Shown piece after piece: positions 13,078-25,819 of a stretch of 49,245 nt of DNA; the first letter of the stretch is position 1, and each line of letters begins with the position of its first letter. This stretch comes from Octopus bimaculoides. Its lineage: Eukaryota. Under the pieces are notes generated by a model. That model worked only from the letters and a program-made list of their open reading frames with translations, was not told the DNA's origin and searched no databases. The stretch is taken from contig NC_068992.1 in assembly GCF_001194135.2 (NCBI RefSeq), positions 28,395,915 through 28,445,159 of the forward strand. Reading direction: 5' to 3'. Position numbers and translations under genes: made by a program.

Positions 13078-13514
13078 TATTTCTTTATTGCCCATAGGGG
13101 GCTAAACATAGAGGAGAAAAATAAGGACAGACAAAGGATTTAAGTCGATTACATCGACCCCAGTGCGTAACTGGTACTTATTTAAACGGTCCCGAAAGGA
13201 TGAAGGGCAAAGTCGACCTCGGTGGAGTTTGAACTCAGAACGTAACGGCAAACGAAATACCGCTAAGCATTTCGCGCGGCGTGCTAACGGTTCTTTTTTT
13301 ATCTTTTCTACTCAAGGCACAAGGCCCGAAGTTTTGGGGTAGGGAGCCAGTCGATTAGATCGATTCCAGTACGCACCTGGTACTTAATTTATCGACTCCG
13401 AAAGGATGAAAGGCGAAGTCGATCTCGGCGGAATATGAGCTCAGAACGTAAAGATTGACGAAACACCGCTAAGCATTTCACCTGGCGTGCTAAAGATTCT
13501 GCCAGCTCGCCGCC
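13078..13514 (-). mobile_element. Fused SINE-A dimer: A2-tailed copy (13294-13514) joined to a head-truncated A1-tailed copy (13078-13293)
   Basis: Full SINE-A core in both; A1 tail TTTCTTTATTGCCCA.AGGGGGCTAAACATAGAGG; A2 tail TTTTCTACTC.AGGCACAAGGCCC. Confidence 0.88.
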
Positions 13515-13983
13515 GTAACTTGTAGTCATATTGATGCTGCTGTTGATTAATATCTTTTGTATTGCCTTATTTATTGCGAGGAAAACTGCTTTATAATTGA
13601 AATTAAATTTCCATGCTCTTGTCACGGTTGTAGTGTGGTCCACTGTATTTTTGAACTTCGTGAGTGTTCGCTTCCTCTTCCATTTGAGGGTAGAAGGTGG
13701 AGGACTCTGTGGTGTCTTGCAACTCGCTACCAGAGCTACCTCTTACTTATTCCATGTCACTTAGCAGTGCAGATATGGCCATGTTTACATTTAAAAATAT
13801 ATTTATCAAAGCGAATATTTTCTTTTCGGATTTGTGCCCCAAAAGGGGCATAAACAAACACACCAACCAAATCTATGCAAAGACTGTGATTTCGACAAAC
13901 ATTTTGTAAAAAAATAAACAATTCATAACTTTTGGAGTTACAAATTAAAACGAAAAAGTTTACCAGCAAGAAGACACACAAAC

Positions 13984-14275
13984 TACCACTAAGCATTTCG
14001 CTCGGCGAGCTAACAATTCTGCCAGCTCACCGTCTTAAATAATAATAATAATTATTATTTCTACTCTAGACACAAGGCCTTGAAAATGTTTTGGGGAAGG
14101 GAGTTAGTCGATTACATTGACCCCAGTGCGTAACTGGTACTTATTTCATCAACCTCCGAAAGGATTAAAGGCAAAGTCGACCTGGGTGGAATTTGAACTC
14201 AAAACGTAGCGGCAGACGAAATACCGCTAAGCATTTCGCCCGGCGTGCTAACAATTCTGCTAGCTCGCCGCCTTA

Positions 14276-14353
<78 letters not shown>

Positions 14354-14570
14354 CCTTTTTCCTATAGGTACATGACCTGAAATTTTGTGGTAGGGGGACT
14401 AATCGATTACATCGACCCAAGTGTTTCACTGGTACTTAATTTATAGACCCCGGAAGGATGAAAGACAAAGTCGACCTCGGCGGAATTTGAACTCAGAATG
14501 TATCAACGAGCGAAATCCCGCTGAGCATTTCGTCTAGCGTGCTGATGATACTGCCCCAGATCACCACCTT
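13984..14570 (-). mobile_element. Three co-oriented SINE-A copies (13984-14036 head only, 14058-14274, 14354-14570) spaced by (AAT)n
   Basis: Repeated GCTAACAATTCTGC.AGCTC.CCG.CTT head followed by TAATAATAAT; cores AGGATGAAAG.CAAAGTCGACCT. Confidence 0.9.
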
Positions 14571-14596
14571 AAATAACAACAACAACAATAGTAGTA

Positions 14597-14650
<54 letters not shown>

Positions 14651-15538
14651 GAATCAGATAAAATATAGACGTAAGAAGAAGAACTGAGAGAAGAAAAGAT
14701 AAGAAGCTGTAAGCATAAAACAACTGTAAATCAATGCTATAAATTATGGTTAGAGAATGTAACTTAGGTGTATTTGAAAAATTTCTACGTTGTGATATTC
14801 TATACTGTGGTTTTCTCTCGTGATTTAAATTTCCTTATCAAGCATACTAAATAAATTTTTCATTCAACCGACTGCTATCTCCATCTTACAAACTTCACAA
14901 TTTCTAAGGTTTCGTTTATCTACTAAACAGCTAATTTATTCGTTCTTATTCTTTAGAGATTTGTCACGAAAATCCGATGTAATTGACCACATTGGTGAAT
15001 TAGTTTGGCGAGCACAGTGGAGTATGATATGGGTCCTCGCTTAACAGAAGCCGGGACGTGAATTTACTTCAAAATGAAGCGAAAATAATTTCGCTGTTTA
15101 TGCCTTTGTCTATCAAAGATGAAAATGATAACGCCAACCTGGTGTAGCTGACTATTTAAAAGTGAAAATAGATATTCTTACATCATAACCTAAAGTGGAG
15201 TTTGTTCCAACAAGAGTTCTTACGATATGCTTTTGTGGGTTGGTATACTTGTGCTTCTTGCGAAATAGATTTGGTTCGAAAAACATACTTTATCTGAAGG
15301 GTTGACGTTATTAAGTAAATATAGAGAAACGAGTTTACTCTATTGAACCGTCCTTAAGCCGAATCATATTTGTTTTAGCGTTGAGGAAAAGGAACATGAT
15401 GAGTTGTTGCCATTTTTGTTAAGCGAGGGAAGTTTGAAGATTAAGAGAGAATCCTCAACAACTTCTTATGAACGATAAAAATCTACTGCAAGTTGTTGAA
15501 ATGTAACAGGCAAACAGATAGAATACATCGGCTTCGTG

Positions 15539-15652
<114 letters not shown>

Positions 15653-15724
15653 TAATGATAATGATAATAATAATGATAATAATAATAATAATAATAATAA
15701 TATAATGATAATAATAATAATAAT

Positions 15725-16423
15725 GGTTTCAAATTTTGTCAGAAGGGCAGCAGTTTTGAGGGAGGGGGTCAGTCGATTTTATCGACCCCACTGTTTCACT
15801 GGTACTTAATTTATTGACCCCGGAAGGATGAAAGGCAAAGTCGACCTCGGCGGAATTTGAACTCAGAATGTAGCAACGGTCGAAATACCGCTAAGCATTT
15901 CGTCCAGCGCGCTAACGATTCTGCCAGCTCGCAGCCTTAATAATAATAATAAAAATAACCCTTTCTACTATAAGCACAAGGCCCAAAATTTTGGAAGAGG
16001 AGCAAGTCGATTACATCGATCCCAGCACTCAACTGTTACTCAATTTATCGACCCCAAAAGGATGAAAGGCAAAGTCGGAATTTGAACTCAGAACGTAGCG
16101 GCAGACGAAATACCGGAAAGCATTTCGCCCGGTGTGCTAACGATTCTGCCAGCTCGTCATCTTCATACTACCACTACTACTACTGATAATAATGATTTCA
16201 ACTTTTGCTACAAGGGCAGCAACTTTGGTGGAGGAGATGAGTCGATTGCATCGACACCAGCGTTCAAATGGTACTTATTTTATCGACCCCTAAACGATGA
16301 AAGGTAAAGTCAACCTCGGCGGAATTTGAACTTAGAACGTAGCGGTAGACAAAATACTGCTAAGCATTTCGCACGGCATTCCAACGATTCTGCCAGCTCG
16401 CCGCCTTCATCATCCTCATCATC

Positions 16424-16478
<55 letters not shown>

Positions 16479-16660
16479 TTCTTCTTCTTCTTCTTCTTCT
16501 TATTATTATTATTATTATTATCTAGGTACAGAGTCATCAATTTAGTTTATAATCGATGTAATAAACCCCAGTACTTGTCTACTATTTATTTTATCGCCTG
16601 TGAAGGATGCAGCATGGAATACAGAACGTAAAAGGCTATAATTAATTACTGCTAAGTAAT
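15725..16660 (-). mobile_element. Four co-oriented SINE-A copies (15725-15938, 15958-16162, 16194-16407, degenerate 16520-16660) spaced by trinucleotide repeats
   Basis: Same head and core motifs; tails A3, A2, A3. Confidence 0.88.
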
Positions 16661-16904
16661 TTGTCCAATAGTCTACTGATTTTTCTATACAGCACCCGCT
16701 GGAATTTGACATAATGATAATTCTAAAAGTTTATCATAATAGTACTCGATTCACACGTGTCGTAAACCGAGTCTGTAAGCTAGTTTCGAATCTCATTTGA
16801 AGCAAATTCATTTTATTTTCTACTATTTATGCTTAGAAGGAAAATATGAATATTACTTACCAATGTTTATTGTCTTTAAGATTCAGGGCCATTTCCAATA
16901 ATGA

Positions 16905-17034
16905 ACCTTGTATGACGACAACAACAATGTACCTTGTATGGCCACAACAACAATGTACCTTGTATGGCCACAACAACAATGTACCTTGTATGGCCACAAC
17001 AACAATGTACCTTGTATGGTCACAACAACAATAA
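16905..17034. repeat. 26-bp minisatellite, 5 copies
   Basis: Unit ACCTTGTATGGCCACAACAACAATGT starting at 16905, 16931, 16957, 16983, 17009. Confidence 0.92.
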
Positions 17035-17857
17035 TATACTTAGAATGGCAACGAGAAGAATAATATATTTTGGATGGCAACAACGTAACAAGTGTATGTA
17101 TTAGTGTATTGGTGAAATATTCCAGCAAGATTACCGAAAAATATATTGGTAAAAGTATCTAAAACAAAACAAATCTATGAGATTTGTACTTATTTACCTG
17201 GCAAGTGAAAGCTGTTTCAATATACAATTAGTTGCTACTTATACAAAATCCTTTCAATTAAAAAAAAATTTCTGAATGTTTGTTGTTGATATTTTCAGCT
17301 CTGAAGTTTCTCAATGAGTTCATTTAGATCATTTGTCTTTCTAAAATTTATAGTTCAAAATCAATATTCGTTTCAAGTGAAATATAAAAACTGTAGATTA
17401 GATGCAAACCTAATGGACCAAATCTATTAACCAAATTCAATTGCTGAAAAAAAAAAACAAAAAAAAAAATTAAGAGCGGAGAGGAAAACTGAAGCATGTA
17501 GTTATTGTGTCTTTTTCATGTTTTTGCATAAAAAGGTTGATAGTGCAGGGGAAGTAAAATGGCTTCGTTTTGAAACTGACAATGTTTCTTGGTCCTGGTT
17601 TTCCAGTTCTTACTCTTCTCCATCGCTTTGATATAAAGAATGGATCTGAACATTGGCATAAGGTCACACATTTTGGTGAAGGATTGGAAACATGACTGGT
17701 TTGATGAACTCAGAACGTAAAGGTATGCAACTAAATTCCAAGAAGTATGTTGCCGAGCTCTCTACGTTCCAGTGTGTACGATAAACATAGTGATGTTGTA
17801 CTTGTTGATGTTGATGTCGAAACATCAAGTGTTCACTTAATGACCACAACAAAACTA

Positions 17858-18160
17858 GGTGTGTGCTTTTGTGGTTAGAATATTCGGTTCACGATCGTAA
17901 GATCATGAGTTCGAACTCCGCCAGCGCATTGTATCCTTCACAAGACACTTTATTTCACGTTGCTCCAGTTCATTCAGATGGTAAAAATGAGTGGTTCCTG
18001 TAATTAGAAAGACCAGCTTTGTCACATTCTATGTCACGCTGAATCTCCTCGAGAACTACGTGTGTGTGTGATGTGCTCAGTCACTTGCACGTTAATTTCA
18101 TGAACATGCTATTCCATGGTCCGGATCAACTGAGACGTTCATCACCGTAAACAACAGGGT
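17858..18160 (+). mobile_element. tRNA-derived SINE-C copy
   Basis: GTGGTTAG..GAGTTCGAACTCC head; body GTCACGCTGAATCTC..GAGAACTACG..CACTTGCACGTTAATTTCA..GGATCAACTG, homologous to 38955-39277. Confidence 0.75.
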
Positions 18161-18787
18161 TTCAGTAAAACTAGGTGGTGTGATCGTAATAGAGTGAGTA
18201 ACTGATAATATCAACGTGTAATAGATTATAATAGTAATAGAGTCCGCTGATAAACGAATCTTTCGAGCGTACTTCACTCTTTATCACTTACGTCGGCACA
18301 AAGCAACTGATACATTGCAACTGAGTTGTCTACAATTTATAATATGCAGCAGAAATTGCTATTAGGTAAAGGGGTCATCAAGTGATCGGGGCTATACCGA
18401 AACCCAAATAGCATAATCGGTGACAACTACAACAGGACTTTTCACTTACCATAACGGATAAAACTTTTTCAACATTTTAAGATTAAGTTGTACATGATTT
18501 TGATTTAGAATTACATCAATTTTATTTTACTTAAGTGTTTACTAGTCTTACGAGTTTCCAATTTCTCTACTCCTGGCGAGTATGAAAACAGTTTTGGTGG
18601 TATTTTACTGAAGAGCAGGTAGGATTTGTTTCAGAAAAACTTAGTGGCTTATATCAAGCGAGGTAAAAAGATGAGTAAAAGAAATATAATATTAAATTAG
18701 AGCTCCATAGTTTTGAGATCATAAACTCTTTCAAAGTTTTATATGTATTTGAATAGTATATTTAGTATCACAAATAGGGAGCAATAT

Positions 18788-19135
18788 GGCGACGACGAGC
18801 TGGCTGAATCATTAACACCCCGGGCGAAATACTTAGCGGTATTTCTTCAATCTTTACGTTCTGAGTTCAAATCTCACCGAAGTCGACTTTGCCTTTCATC
18901 CTTTCGGGGTCGACGAATTAAGTACCAGTTGCATACTGGCGTCGATCTAATCGACTGCCCTCTCCTCCTCAAAATTTTCGGGCCTTGTGCCTAGAGTAGA
19001 AAAGAATTGTTAGCACCCCGGGAAAAAATGTTTCGTGGCATTTCGTCCGTTTTTACGTTCTGAGTGAGTTCAAATTCCATCGAGGACAACTTTGCCTTTC
19101 ATCCTTTCGGAGTTGATAAAATAAGTATCTGTCGA
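18788..19135 (+). mobile_element. Fused SINE-A dimer: A2 copy (18788-19004) joined to a head-truncated copy (19005-19135)
   Basis: Junction CCTAGAGTAGAAAAG|AATTGTTAGCAC. Confidence 0.85.
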
Positions 19136-19320
19136 GCACTTCCCCGAAATAACTGGCCTTCTTCTAACAACTGGAAGCCAATAACAAGTAGCAATTGGTC
19201 TAAAAATGACACGATATATAGAGCAGCATTCCACCGAGGTTAAGGTTTGCCTCATTCGCTCTATACTATAAAACAGAGATTGAGAACCGATTCTTTCTTT
19301 CTTTCTTTCCTTCTTCCTCC

Positions 19321-19354
<34 letters not shown>

Positions 19355-19359
<5 letters not shown>

Positions 19360-19738
19360 TTATTCTTTTACTTGTTTCAGTCATTTGACTGCGGCCATGT
19401 TGGAGCACCGCCTTTAGTCGAGCAAATCGACCACAGGACTTATTCTTTGTAAGCTTAGTGCTTATTCGATCGGTCTCTTTTACCGAACCGCTAAGTTACG
19501 GGGATGTAAACATACCAGCATCGGTTGTCAAGCAATGTTGGGGGTGGAGGACAAATACACACACACACACACACACACACATATACGACGGGCTTCTTTC
19601 AGTTTCTGTCTACCAAATCCACTCACAAGGCTTTGGTCGGCCCGAAGCTATAGTAGAAGGCATTTACTTGCCCAAGGTGCCACGCAGTGGGACTGAACCT
19701 GGAGCCATGCGGCTGCTAAGCAAGCTACTTACCACAGT
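19355..19738 (-). mobile_element. Full-length tRNA-derived SINE-B with internal (CA)n and (GAAA)n tail
   Basis: Minus: GTGGTAAGTAGCTTGCT..GGTTCAGTCCCACTGCGTGGCACCTTGGGCAAGT..GACGG/CAGAAACTGAAAGAAGCCCGTCGTATAT..GCGGTGCTCCAACATGGCCGCAGTCAAATGACTGAAACAAG. Confidence 0.88.
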
Positions 19739-20182
19739 CTACTCTATAACCGATGAAAGTTTCGCAGATAAGATCTTAACTATGCCATATACATGTATAT
19801 AGACAAATGCAAAGATACATACACATGCATATACATAGATGCATACATATGCACACACAAGTTTGTTTCATGCACTTGTGTGCTTGTGTGTGTGCAGCCA
19901 TGTTAATATTTGCATCAGTGCAAGTTTTATTCTGTATGTCGTTAATCTAGGTTCGGCAAAGAGAGATCGATAAGGGAATTATGAGACTGGAATGAATACT
20001 GTCCTTTGTTATAATTGATTGTCAGTATTCTGCTGTGGACTGCGATGTCCTGGGCGGCTGGAGTTCAATGAGTGAAAGCGATAAAAGAATAAAGGTTATG
20101 ATGAGCAGACAAATCTGGTTTTGATGACATACATTTAGTGACGTTGGGTTATTATGTGGACAGACAAGTTAACCGGCTCACC

Positions 20183-20191
20183 AGAGAGAGG

Positions 20192-20243
<52 letters not shown>

Positions 20244-20618
20244 GAGAGAGAGAGAGGGAGAGATACAGACCGAGAGAGAGAGAAATGGGAAGAGAGAGAG
20301 AGAGAAAAAGAGAGAGAGAGAGGGAAAGAGAGAGAGAAAGAGTGAGGGATAGAGAGCGAGAGAGGAAAAGAGGGAGAGAGAGTGGGAGCGAGAGAGAGGG
20401 AGGGATAGAGAGCGATAGAAAGAGGGAGAGAGACAAAGAGAGAGAGCGAGAGCGAGAGAAATAGAAACAGAAAGAGATCGGGAGGGAGAGAGAGACAGAG
20501 AGACAGACGTGGAGAAAGAGGAGAGAGAAAACGAAAGAGAGAGAAAGAAAAAGAGAGAGAGAAAGAAAGGGAGAGAGATGAACATAAAGACAGAAAGAAA
20601 AAGAGAGAGTCTGAGACG

Positions 20619-20670
<52 letters not shown>
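20183..20670. repeat. Degenerate (GA)n polypurine tract, about 490 bp
   Basis: Directly visible; explains the SL/ER-repeat ORFs. Confidence 0.95.
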
Positions 20671-20676
<6 letters not shown>

Positions 20677-21300
20677 GTGTGTCTATACTGTCACTAGATC
20701 TGCCAGAAACAATAAAAAATATAAATCTTGAATTCACACTTCACTTGCACAAAACAGGACACAATAGATTATGTAGTGCTAGATATTATTTGATTGAAGA
20801 AAAAATAATTTTTTACCATAAGTCAGCCGGATCAATGCCTCGTGGGACCAAATAACGCTTCACTTATTGTCAGATGTCAGAAGTAACATGTTTCTATATC
20901 TCAAAATACAAACAGTAACATTATTCCATACAATGACATCATCTATCGATATGACATTATGCATAATGATAGACGGTAGATTGTTGTGTTTAGAGTATCG
21001 AATTTTAATGTTTGTTCTTAGTTTGTGAATATAGCTCCAAATTTGGGTGGGTATAAATTTATGAGCAGAAATGCAAACGAAAGAGAGTTCAGACCATTCT
21101 AAGAGAGGTTTTGCTTTCAATTCGTAATTAATTAAATTCTTTGAAGTATTACTTCAAGTTTCACGCACGCACACACAAACACACTCAGAAATATAGGCAC
21201 ATTTATACAAACGCATGTTAAGATATAGATGATTCGCGCATACAAAACATATACACATACCAATACTGGTGTGAATATACGCAAATAGCCTAAAAAATAT

Positions 21301-21711
21301 TATTTTCTACTCTAGGCAAAAGGTCCGAAATTTTGGGGGAGGGGGCCAGTCGATTAGATCGACCCAAGTACGCAACTGGTACTTAATTTATTGACTCTGA
21401 AAGGTTGAAAGGCAAAGTCGACCTCGGCAGAATTTGAACTCAGAACGTAAAGACAGACGAAATGCTGCTAAGCATTTCGCCCGATGTGCTAACGTTTCTT
21501 ATTTCTTTATTGCCCACAAGGGGCTAAACATAGAGGGGACAAACAAGGACAGACAAAGGGATTAAGTCGATTACATCGACCCTGGTGCGTAACTGGTACT
21601 TAATTTATCGACCCCGAAAGGATGAAAGGCAAAGTCGACCTCGACGGAATTTGAACTCAGAACGTAACGGCAGACGAAATACCGCTAACGTTTCTGCCAG
21701 CTCGCTGCCTT
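21301..21711 (-). mobile_element. Fused SINE-A dimer: A1 copy (21499-21711) joined to a head-truncated A2 copy (21301-21498)
   Basis: Minus-strand junction GGGCAATAAAGAAATAAG|AAACGTTAGCAC. Confidence 0.88.
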
Positions 21712-21896
21712 AAACAGCCTTCGAATTTTAAGTGATACACACGCATGCTTGTACATGTCTACGTTTATATATTTACCTGTATGTATAATGTGTGTATATA
21801 TGTGTGTATATAAATGTGTATATGTGTGTATTAATGACTAATGTTAATATACAAGGTATATTACGTTTTAAATGATACAACCATACACACACATAC

Positions 21897-21971
<75 letters not shown>

Positions 21972-21982
21972 AAGTGTGTGTA

Positions 21983-22322
21983 GACGCAGGGCTGGCTGTG
22001 TGGTAAGAAGATGACTTCTCGACAACGTAGTTTCAGGTTCAGTCCCACTGCATAGCACTTTGGGCGAGCGTCTTCTACTATAACCTCGGTCCAATCAAAG
22101 TCATGTGAATGGATTTGGTAGACGGAAACTGAAAGAAGCCCGTCGTATAAATATGTGTATGTGTGTGTTTTCCGCATCTAGCGGTTCGGCAAATGAGACC
22201 AATAGAATAAGTATTAGGCTTTAAAAAATGAGTCCTGGGGTCAATATGTTCGATTTAAAAAAATCCTTCAATGTGGTGCTCCAGCAAGACCGCACCCAAA
22301 TTACTGAAACAAGCAAAAGAAT

Positions 22323-22323
<1 letters not shown>
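21983..22323 (+). mobile_element. SINE-B copy
   Basis: GGCTGTGTGGTAAG..GGTTCAGTCCCACTGC..GACGGAAACTGAAAGAAGCCCGTCGTAT..GGTTCGGCAAA..GTGGTGCTCCAGCA. Confidence 0.85.
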
Positions 22324-22354
<31 letters not shown>

Positions 22355-22595
22355 ACCAATAAAAACAAACAAATAAAAATACCTCAATAGATAACCAGAT
22401 AAATAAACAACAGCAGACAACACCAATTAATCAACAAGCCATAAACAAATAAATTAATCCCTCACTGCAACTTCAAGAATCACAAAAATACAAACATACA
22501 ATTAATGAAAAAACTTTAAAAGGTTAACGAGAATTAGACCACACCCACACCCACCAATGGATACACACACACACGCGCGTACATATACACGTTGT

Positions 22596-22645
<50 letters not shown>

Positions 22646-23107
22646 GTCTATCTATCTATATACATACATATATGCATAAACACGTTTTTCATATNNNNNN
22701 NNNNNNNNNNNNNNNNNNNNNNNNNNNNNNNNNNNNNNNNNNNNNNNNNNNNNNNNNNNNNNNNNNNNNNNNNNNNNNNNNNNNNNNNNNNNNNNNNNNN
22801 NNNNNNNNNNNNNNNNNNNNNNNNNNNNNNNNNNNNNNNNNNNNNNNNNNNNNNNNNNNNNNNNNNNNNNNNNNNNNNNNNNNNNNNNNNNNNNNNNNNN
22901 NNNNNNNNNNNNNNNNNNNNNNNNNNNNNNNNNNNNNNNNNNNNNNNNNNNNNNNNNNNNNNNNNNNNNNNNNNNNNNNNNNNNNNNNNNNNNNNNNNNN
23001 NNNNNNNNNNNNNNNNNNNNNNNNNNNNNNNNNNNNNNNNNNNNNNNNNNNNNNNNNNNNNNNNNNNNNNNNNNNNNNNNNNNNNNNNATATATATATAT
23101 ATAATAT

Positions 23108-23300
23108 CTTTTATCTTTTTTTGTTGTTTAGTTATTAGACTGCGACCATGCTAGGGCACAACCTTGGGGAATTTTTAGTTGAACGAATCTGTCCTAGTTC
23201 TTATTTTTTTTAAAGCCTTGTACTTATTCTATGAATCTCTTTTGCCGAGTCGTTAGGTAACGGGGATGTAAACACGCCGGTTGTCAAGCGGTGGTGGGGG
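23108..23300 (-). mobile_element. SINE-B 3' half
   Basis: TTAGACTGCGACCATGCT..TACTTATTCTAT..CTTTTGCCGA..GGTTGTCAAGCG matches the 3' half of 19355-19738. Confidence 0.7.
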
Positions 23301-23746
23301 AATAAAAACAGACACGAAGATACACAAACACACACACAGAAACAGACACAGACACAGACACACACACTCACAAACACACACGCGCACGCACCAAAGCTAT
23401 GTGTGATGAAAAGTCTCTTGCTTTAAGAGTATCACGAAAGGCCTGAGTTCTCTTACAGAGCATAGAAACACCGCTGCAATAAATGTGTGACTCTGAGAGG
23501 GGCATGTGTGGAACAAAATCGCAATTAACTGATTCTCCTGTGTTTTCATTTACCCTAAGCCAGGAACTTATCAGCAAATCCTACACTTTTCTCTGCAAAA
23601 TAGGGCTAGTTTATCCTGTTCAGGCTATATTATTAGCATTATTCCGCGATTGAGAATTTAAAATCACTTCTTTAACTTTCTAAAAGACATCTCAACGCTT
23701 CTAAAAGCAAACTTCGTTTGTTTATTTACGTTTGTCGTAATTTGAA

Positions 23747-23800
<54 letters not shown>

Positions 23801-25280
23801 ATGTGTGTGTGTGTATGTATATATTTATATTTATACATATACATATAAAATGATGAGAATGAAGAATTTTAACATTCAAACTTTATGTTTATTACCAGTT
23901 AGAATAAAAGTCCGACACGTATTTTGCTCTCACCAATCGCATATTATTGCACATTCATATGCAATGATTTATGCATAACTGGTGCGATCTCTTAAGGGCA
24001 AATAAATCTGGCATTGTTTGAAGTTTAAATTAGATTTAGTAGCAGTAGTAAATTCTGAACATTCGCCAATGAGAGGTTTTTCTCGACTGTTTGTTTGGGT
24101 GAAATTCAATAGCTTCAGCAGTAGTGATTGTTGAGGTCAACAATTGTTCTTGGTTAGGCTGGGAGAGGTTATTTGTAGAAGACTTTTCTTTTGAATGATT
24201 CTAAATACTTTATAGTCGCAGGGCATATTGATGGAATTCAGAGTTGATCGTATTATTTGAATTTTGTGATGGCTATTTATAGTAGTAGTGGATAGTTGCT
24301 GATCAGTAAGGACCACCTGGCTATTAAAACAAAGAAATACTCAGTCGTATTTTCAATTCTCCTGACCTGTTTCTTTTTACTTATATGTTTTAAAGTATTT
24401 TTAGGTTAAATCACATTTAATGTAATCTTATGAATTGAATTTAATTCTTATATTCTTAATATGCATCTAAATAATAGAGTTATTATACTTAGGTTTCGCA
24501 TGAAGGTTTATGGATATTATATAAATTAATGCATTCTATTATTAAATTTTTTAAAAAAGAAAACGTTGTTTGTATGAGCAATTAAAGCTTCTTTCATGCC
24601 TAGTATTTACTAATTTATGTTCCGAAGGAAATATTTGGTATAATTCCTCCAGATATAAATTGCATCTTTCGTCCCCAATTTTATAAGGTTTCGCAGTACT
24701 AATTATTTGCCACTTTAGTGATTATTTAATATTTTCATCCTTCAGCGACCATATGAGTTTATTAAGAACTGTTGAAAATTTTTTAGTGTTATTTCTAAAG
24801 CTAACTTTCGCGATTTGCTATCCTTTGTTTTATAAAGCAAGAGATATCACCTATATAGTAATATTTATTTTTATCAGGTATGACTATACATTTATAGAAA
24901 GTATTTATTACTTTAGAGTTCTTCTAAAATTTACATTGCGTGCTCCTAGCGCAACCGTATTTTCCGTGTATATCTACGTCTTTGTTAGTAGATTTAATAA
25001 TGTTTGTATTTGCTTTCTATTTTAACTGATTAATCTAAATTATTATTGTTTTCATAAAAGTCACTATTCTTTCTAGTTACCATATGTGTTTATTTATTAG
25101 TTATAGAATCTACAGAATTGTTTAGTTGAATGGTTTCTTTTTCATCATTATTTATTTTCTTAGTAGTATTTTCCATAGAATTTGGATTAATCATCTTATT
25201 ATCGTTTTAAAAATAATAATAATTATTATTATCATTATCATCATTATTATTGTTATTATCATTATTATTATTATTATTAC

Positions 25281-25793
25281 TGAGTGAGAGAGCAGTGCAT
25301 GCTATCATAGTGACACTGGGGTAAAATATACGAAGCCCAGTATACCCATCATGACTACCCGTCTGATAAGGGTACACCAGGCACATGCATCACAACCATC
25401 TTTGCGCGACATGATGATCTCATATCAAGATAAACAGCACATGACGTTGCCGGTGGAGGGCACAGTTAGAATTTAGGGTTGTTTAAGGATGATGAACAAA
25501 ACGCCCATGTTTCCAAATAGGAATTATCCAAACCACAAAAGAATTCCCTCTCAGCACATGGCTATGATGCTCCCCCAATACTTCTACTCGTGATCAGTGA
25601 TGCACATATCGTCAGCCACGAAGGGACATACTCAACTGGTTAAGGTCAAACAACTGGCAAGCAAATCTGTGGTATTGAGCAGAATATTTGTTGTAGCCCA
25701 TCTTTTATACCAAGACAAAACAATGTACATGTTAGCACTTCCAATCAGTTAAGATGAGAAGCCATGAGAGCCACCGCCTGGTACTGCATCTGG
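25281..25793 (-). mobile_element. Non-coding TAA-embedded interspersed repeat (copy 2)
   Basis: Reverse-complement homologue of 57-540 with the same ends; (ATT)n on both sides. Confidence 0.78.
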
Positions 25794-25819
25794 TATTATT
25801 ATTAATTTTATTATTATTA

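Noticed and set aside
14962-15508. Possible solo LTR (TGTCACG...TGTAACA)
   Set aside because: Flanks AGATT and GGCAA give no TSD, and there is no second copy or internal domain.
24010-24330. Ser/Thr-rich minus-strand segment after an acceptor-like site
   Set aside because: All frames hit stops within about 60 codons and no family is recognisable.
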